The notes beneath the pieces are model-generated. The model was not told where the DNA came from. It saw only the letters and a list, made by a program, of their open reading frames with translations, and made no database searches. The translations under genes and the position numbers were made by a program. From Candidatus Wukongarchaeum yapensis (lineage in GTDB: Archaea; Asgardarchaeota; Wukongarchaeia; Wukongarchaeales; Wukongarchaeaceae): DNA of 9,006 nucleotides. The stretch is from contig JAEOSI010000078.1 in NCBI GenBank assembly GCA_016840425.1, positions 1-9,006 of the forward strand. The letters run 5' to 3'. Positions 5,445 through 9,006 of this stretch are shown piece by piece (positions within the stretch are counted from its first letter, which is position 1; each line of letters begins with the position of its first letter).

Positions 5445-6188
5445 ATGAGCAAAGAGATGCTTTCTTTTTGGGATAGACGGGCTGAAAGGTTTGAAAATTT
5501 TACGGATAAACGTATTAAAGGCATCCGTAAATTAGTTGGTAAAATCGCGCCTTTTGTTAAGAGTTTTGAAAGCGGTGTTGTTGTCGATTTAGGTTGTGGG
5601 CCCGCTGTTCCTGGGGAAATTTTAGAATCTGTTTTAGGTTCTCCGATTATTGGTTTAGATTTTTCTATTCCCATGCTGGGAATAGCGAAAACTCGTCTTA
5701 GAAGTCTTATAAGGGGCGATGTTTTTAACCTTCCCTTTAAAGGGGGCTCTATAGCGGTTATTTTTTGCATAAATGTCTTATCAGATTACGCCGAAAAAAC
5801 AAGGGCTTATCGACAAATTTATGATTGTCTAAAAAAGGGAGGGGCTTTTTTCTATGCAGACTATTCTGAAAATGATGAATTTTGGGATATGAACTCTAAA
5901 ATATACCCCTTGGTTTTCGGAATGAAACCCTCAGTTTCCCGTGAACCTCTCCCCAAAATGAAAAAAGATCTTGAAAAAATCGGGTTTAAAATAGTGTCTA
6001 AGCATCTCATCTCTTTTAAAATGAAAATAACTTTAGAAGAATATATAAACCATCTTTCAACAAGGCCACAAAGTAATTTTAGAAAAGAAAAGCGAGAAGT
6101 AGTTGAAAAAATAGCTCAGACATATATTTCTAAAAATAATGAAATTGGGCGTGAATTTTTCCTCATACACGCTCAAAAGTTAGAGTAA
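5445..6188 (+). CDS. Class I SAM-dependent methyltransferase (Methyltransf_11/UbiE-like), substrate unknown
   Basis: Motif I VVDLGCGPA, IIGLDFSIPML, GDVFNLPF, LKKGGAFFYAD. I prefer ATG 5445 over TTG 5427 because of the TATA-like box at 5411-5418 (leaderless spacing). Confidence 0.9.
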   Translation: MSKEMLSFWDRRAERFENFTDKRIKGIRKLVGKIAPFVKSFESGVVVDLGCGPAVPGEILESVLGSPIIGLDFSIPMLGIAKTRLRSLIRGDVFNLPFKGGSIAVIFCINVLSDYAEKTRAYRQIYDCLKKGGAFFYADYSENDEFWDMNSKIYPLVFGMKPSVSREPLPKMKKDLEKIGFKIVSKHLISFKMKITLEEYINHLSTRPQSNFRKEKREVVEKIAQTYISKNNEIGREFFLIHAQKLE

Positions 6189-8015
6189 AACTGCTTTTAT
6201 GGCTTTTCCTCCGAGGACTGCTTCGCTAATTTCTTTGCCCAGGGCTGATTTTCGCGAGATTTTTACTTTTCCTTGAGGGCCGACTATTACCTTTGTAGTC
6301 TGTTGGTTATCTACTTCGATCATGACCTCTTCTCCTTTCAATTCTACTGGCATAGTGAGCGTTAGAAGCCTCTTTGAGAGCGACACTTTCACGGGGACTA
6401 TCGAGGATCCTTTCTCCCTTTTTATGCCCTTTCCTTCGACAACTTTTATAGAAATTCCTAATTTTTTCTCGATTCTTGATATGGTTTTACCCCCTTTCCC
6501 TATAATCTGAGGGATGTCTAAAGGATCAAGTTCTATAACCGCTTTTCTTGGTGAGACGATCATAACCCCGATATCTGAGCCGGGTAGATGGTAAGCTATT
6601 TCATCTCTTACAACCCTTTCAATCTCCTTGAACTCTTCAGGTATTTCTTCAAGCTGCTTTATGGGTATCAAAACCTTTTGCTCTCCGAACACATATAACT
6701 CATAGAGTAATTCCCTGGTTTCAAAATCTGAAACTTCAACTACTGGCCTGGCTAGATCAGATTCAAAAAGTCCGGTAGGAACTTTCACCGTCATTTTTAG
6801 GGTGTAAACGCTTTCAATCTGTCCATCTTTTATGAAAATAACAGTGTCAACTATGTGCGGTATTTCTCCGATATCTAGAACCTTAAGAAACCGTTGTACT
6901 GCATCCATAGCGTGTGTAGAATGTATAACTCCCACCATGCCAACTCCTGCTAACCTCATATCTGCAAAAACTTTCATGTCCTCAGAGGTACGGACCTCAT
7001 CATAGATCACGTAATCTGGCCTAACGAGTAATAAAACGTCAGCAGTTTTTTGCATGTCTCCCTCAAGGGCAGTATATTGTGTGATTTCAGGGCCAACTTG
7101 TAAATCTCTGGGTTTTTCCATAGTCTTAATTATCTTAGCTTGTTGCCAATAAAAATCAGCCAAAGCTTGGGCAAAAGTACTCTTTCCCGCACCAGGAGGG
7201 CCGCAAATGAGTATCCCTTCAGCCTTAATTTTCAATCTTTCCATAAGCCTTAGAGATAAACCATAATCTTCCAAAGTAACTTTAAGTAAAGGACGTACTG
7301 CCGTAATCTCCAAAGCATCCGAAAAAGGCGGTCTAGATATCACGATCCGCTTATCTCTTAACTGAACAACGGTAGCTCCTACCTCATCAACCTCTAGGAA
7401 ACTATCCGGATCTGTTTCCACTCGTTTCACAATATCTGTCGCTATAGCTTCCAATACTCCCCTGGTTAGCTTTTTATCTACCAGATTTTCAAGTTGCCAA
7501 TTGCCCGGAGATCCCCTCTTTATCAAAGGATAAACCCCTTCTCTTAAATGCACGCTCATAGTATCCTCTGTGAAAAAATCTTCGACACGATAAATCTCCT
7601 TCTCTTCTTGAGACGCCTTAATCTCTACAACCTTGGTATCTTCAACTAAAGCAACAGCCGCTTGAACTTGATCACTTGTATACAGAACAGCATCTTGTGT
7701 CCCCGCGTCCTTTCTTATAAGATCGTCAAGTTCTCCCCCCCTCGCAAGTTTTACCTCGTCTAATCCCGGCCTATCACCCACAATCCTCAACTTAATCTTT
7801 TCTTCATCCGCCATTTCTCTTAACTTTTTCAGCTCTCTTAATCCTACTTGTCCTGTGGCTCTCTTTTGATTCGCCTGATACTCTATTTCTGATAAAACCA
7901 CCCTACTTATAAGAATCTCTTCAAAGATATCCGGGTCCTCCTCGACTATGCGTGTAAAAGCCCCCGATATCAACACCGAAGTATCAGGTAAAGCCCTTAT
8001 TTTTTCCTCTTTCAT
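6180..8015 (-). CDS. PINA: PIN-domain P-loop ATPase with KH domain (PINA, archaeal PilT-family ATPase)
   Basis: N-terminal PIN (PDTSVL...LSEIE...LDDLIR...TSD), Walker A GPPGAGKST, Walker B VIYDEVR, GVGMVGVIH, and KH motif IIGKGGKTISRIEKKLG. The Sulfolobus ortholog is known to act in Holliday-junction branch migration. Confidence 0.93.
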   Translation of the reverse strand: MKEEKIRALPDTSVLISGAFTRIVEEDPDIFEEILISRVVLSEIEYQANQKRATGQVGLRELKKLREMADEEKIKLRIVGDRPGLDEVKLARGGELDDLIRKDAGTQDAVLYTSDQVQAAVALVEDTKVVEIKASQEEKEIYRVEDFFTEDTMSVHLREGVYPLIKRGSPGNWQLENLVDKKLTRGVLEAIATDIVKRVETDPDSFLEVDEVGATVVQLRDKRIVISRPPFSDALEITAVRPLLKVTLEDYGLSLRLMERLKIKAEGILICGPPGAGKSTFAQALADFYWQQAKIIKTMEKPRDLQVGPEITQYTALEGDMQKTADVLLLVRPDYVIYDEVRTSEDMKVFADMRLAGVGMVGVIHSTHAMDAVQRFLKVLDIGEIPHIVDTVIFIKDGQIESVYTLKMTVKVPTGLFESDLARPVVEVSDFETRELLYELYVFGEQKVLIPIKQLEEIPEEFKEIERVVRDEIAYHLPGSDIGVMIVSPRKAVIELDPLDIPQIIGKGGKTISRIEKKLGISIKVVEGKGIKREKGSSIVPVKVSLSKRLLTLTMPVELKGEEVMIEVDNQQTTKVIVGPQGKVKISRKSALGKEISEAVLGGKAIKAVLL

Positions 8016-8090
8016 CCTCTTTCACTCTTTTTTCTGATTAATACATGATAATAACACTGAAACTTTTTAATCAAATTTTAGAATAGAATT

Positions 8091-8100
8091 TTTATATAAA
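8091..8100 (-). promoter_or_regulatory. TATA box of the PINA gene
   Basis: TTTATATAAA is a canonical archaeal TATA-like box, about 75 nt upstream of ATG 8015. AGAGG lies just before the ATG. Confidence 0.6.
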
Positions 8101-8140
8101 AATTGCTTGAATTAAAGTTCAAATTGCTTGAATCAAATTC
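8100..8140. repeat. Tandem direct repeat, 21-nt period
   Basis: AAATTGCTTGAATTAAAGTTC (8100-8120) and AAATTGCTTGAATCAAATTC (8121-8140). The first 13 nt are identical. Confidence 0.85.
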
Positions 8141-8999
8141 ATATTTCTGGAAAAATTAAAGTCTCTCCTAAGAAACAAATCAAAGCTAGTGCCATTAGCT
8201 TTAAAGCTCTTTTCTTCACTCTCTTGGAGTTTTCTTTTGAAGGGTTTCTAACAATCTTTACCCCAAGAATTATAAAACCTGTACCTACAAAAGAAACCGT
8301 TATTTCGAACCATACAGTCGCAAAATCAAGAAAATAAGGCAACTGGCTTACGAAAACAGCAGAAAAGAAAAATAACGCCGCTATTTTTGCCGCTGCTCTC
8401 TCATTAAACCTCACTGCTAAAGTTTTCACTCCCTCCAAAGCATCTCCTTCCACATCCATTATTCCTTTTGTAATCTCACGACCCATATTCGCTAACACTG
8501 CTGTAAAAAAAATCGCCAAAGACAATGCTGGAACATCCCACCCCCCTAAAGCCACCCCTCCAAAAAGAAAAGGAACCCCCACAGAAACACTCACCACAAA
8601 ATTCCCCAAAACACCAGTACTTTTAAGAAAACTAGCATATATCGCCGAAAGCACAGAAAAAACCGCAGCTATTATCGCACAACCAAAATTAATAATTAAA
8701 GAACTCAAAACCCCTAAACAATAAAGAACAAAACTCCAAATTAAAGCCTCTTTCGGCGACATCCTCCCCGAAGGAATCGGACGCGAAGGAACATTAATAG
8801 CATCAATCTCCCGATCATAAAAATCATTTATAACCATAGCACCCCCACAAACCAAAAAACCGGTAAAAAACCCAAGAACAACAACATCAAAAGGCGGAAC
8901 CTCCCCAAAAGCCAAAAGCTCCCCAATCAACACGGCAAACCCTATCATAACACTATTTACCGGTCTCAAAATCTCAAAATAAGCCTTTAAACAAACCAT
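8139..8999 (-). CDS. Digeranylgeranylglyceryl phosphate (DGGGP) synthase, UbiA prenyltransferase family
   Basis: LKAYFEILRPVN N-terminus, first Asp-rich motif NDFYDREIDAINVPSRPIPSG, second motif REITKGIMDVEGD, and multiple TM segments. Typical of archaeal ether-lipid synthesis. Confidence 0.88.
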   Translation of the reverse strand: MVCLKAYFEILRPVNSVMIGFAVLIGELLAFGEVPPFDVVVLGFFTGFLVCGGAMVINDFYDREIDAINVPSRPIPSGRMSPKEALIWSFVLYCLGVLSSLIINFGCAIIAAVFSVLSAIYASFLKSTGVLGNFVVSVSVGVPFLFGGVALGGWDVPALSLAIFFTAVLANMGREITKGIMDVEGDALEGVKTLAVRFNERAAAKIAALFFFSAVFVSQLPYFLDFATVWFEITVSFVGTGFIILGVKIVRNPSKENSKRVKKRALKLMALALICFLGETLIFPEI

Positions 9000-9006
9000 A
9001 AAACCA

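Noticed and set aside
5411-5770. - strand 119-aa ORF
   Set aside because: Antisense to the methyltransferase, which has clear SAM-binding motifs.
6322-6510. + strand 62-aa ORF
   Set aside because: Antisense to the PINA KH region.
6180-8015. PINA read as a VapC toxin or pilus-retraction PilT
   Set aside because: The full PIN-ATPase-KH fusion is the conserved archaeal PINA family. There is no antitoxin or pilus gene nearby.
8100-8140. Tandem repeat as a mini-CRISPR
   Set aside because: Two adjacent units with no spacer, and shorter than typical CRISPR repeats.
8128-8337. + strand 69-aa ORF
   Set aside because: Antisense to the DGGGP synthase 3' end.

Overview
Low-GC archaeal chromosomal segment with seven protein-coding genes. 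An archaeal origin follows from a UbiA-family DGGGP synthase, a PIN-ATPase-KH (PINA) gene, NikR and TATA-type promoters. An Asgard-type archaeon is my inference from the RING and Ig-like domains and is not proven. Gene order: 5'-truncated HEAT-repeat protein (+); surface 7-bladed beta-propeller + Ig-like domain + C-terminal membrane anchor (-); nikR (-); a paralogous 7-bladed beta-propeller followed by a TM helix, a zinc ribbon and a RING-type domain (-); class I SAM methyltransferase (+); PINA ATPase (-); DGGGP synthase (-). The standout is the 3613-5328 gene, which has the architecture of a receptor-like transmembrane RING E3 ligase. It lies next to a paralog with the same ectodomain but no cytoplasmic module, and a codon-usage-anomalous nikR sits between the two. 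No RNA genes, CRISPR array or mobile element could be supported.
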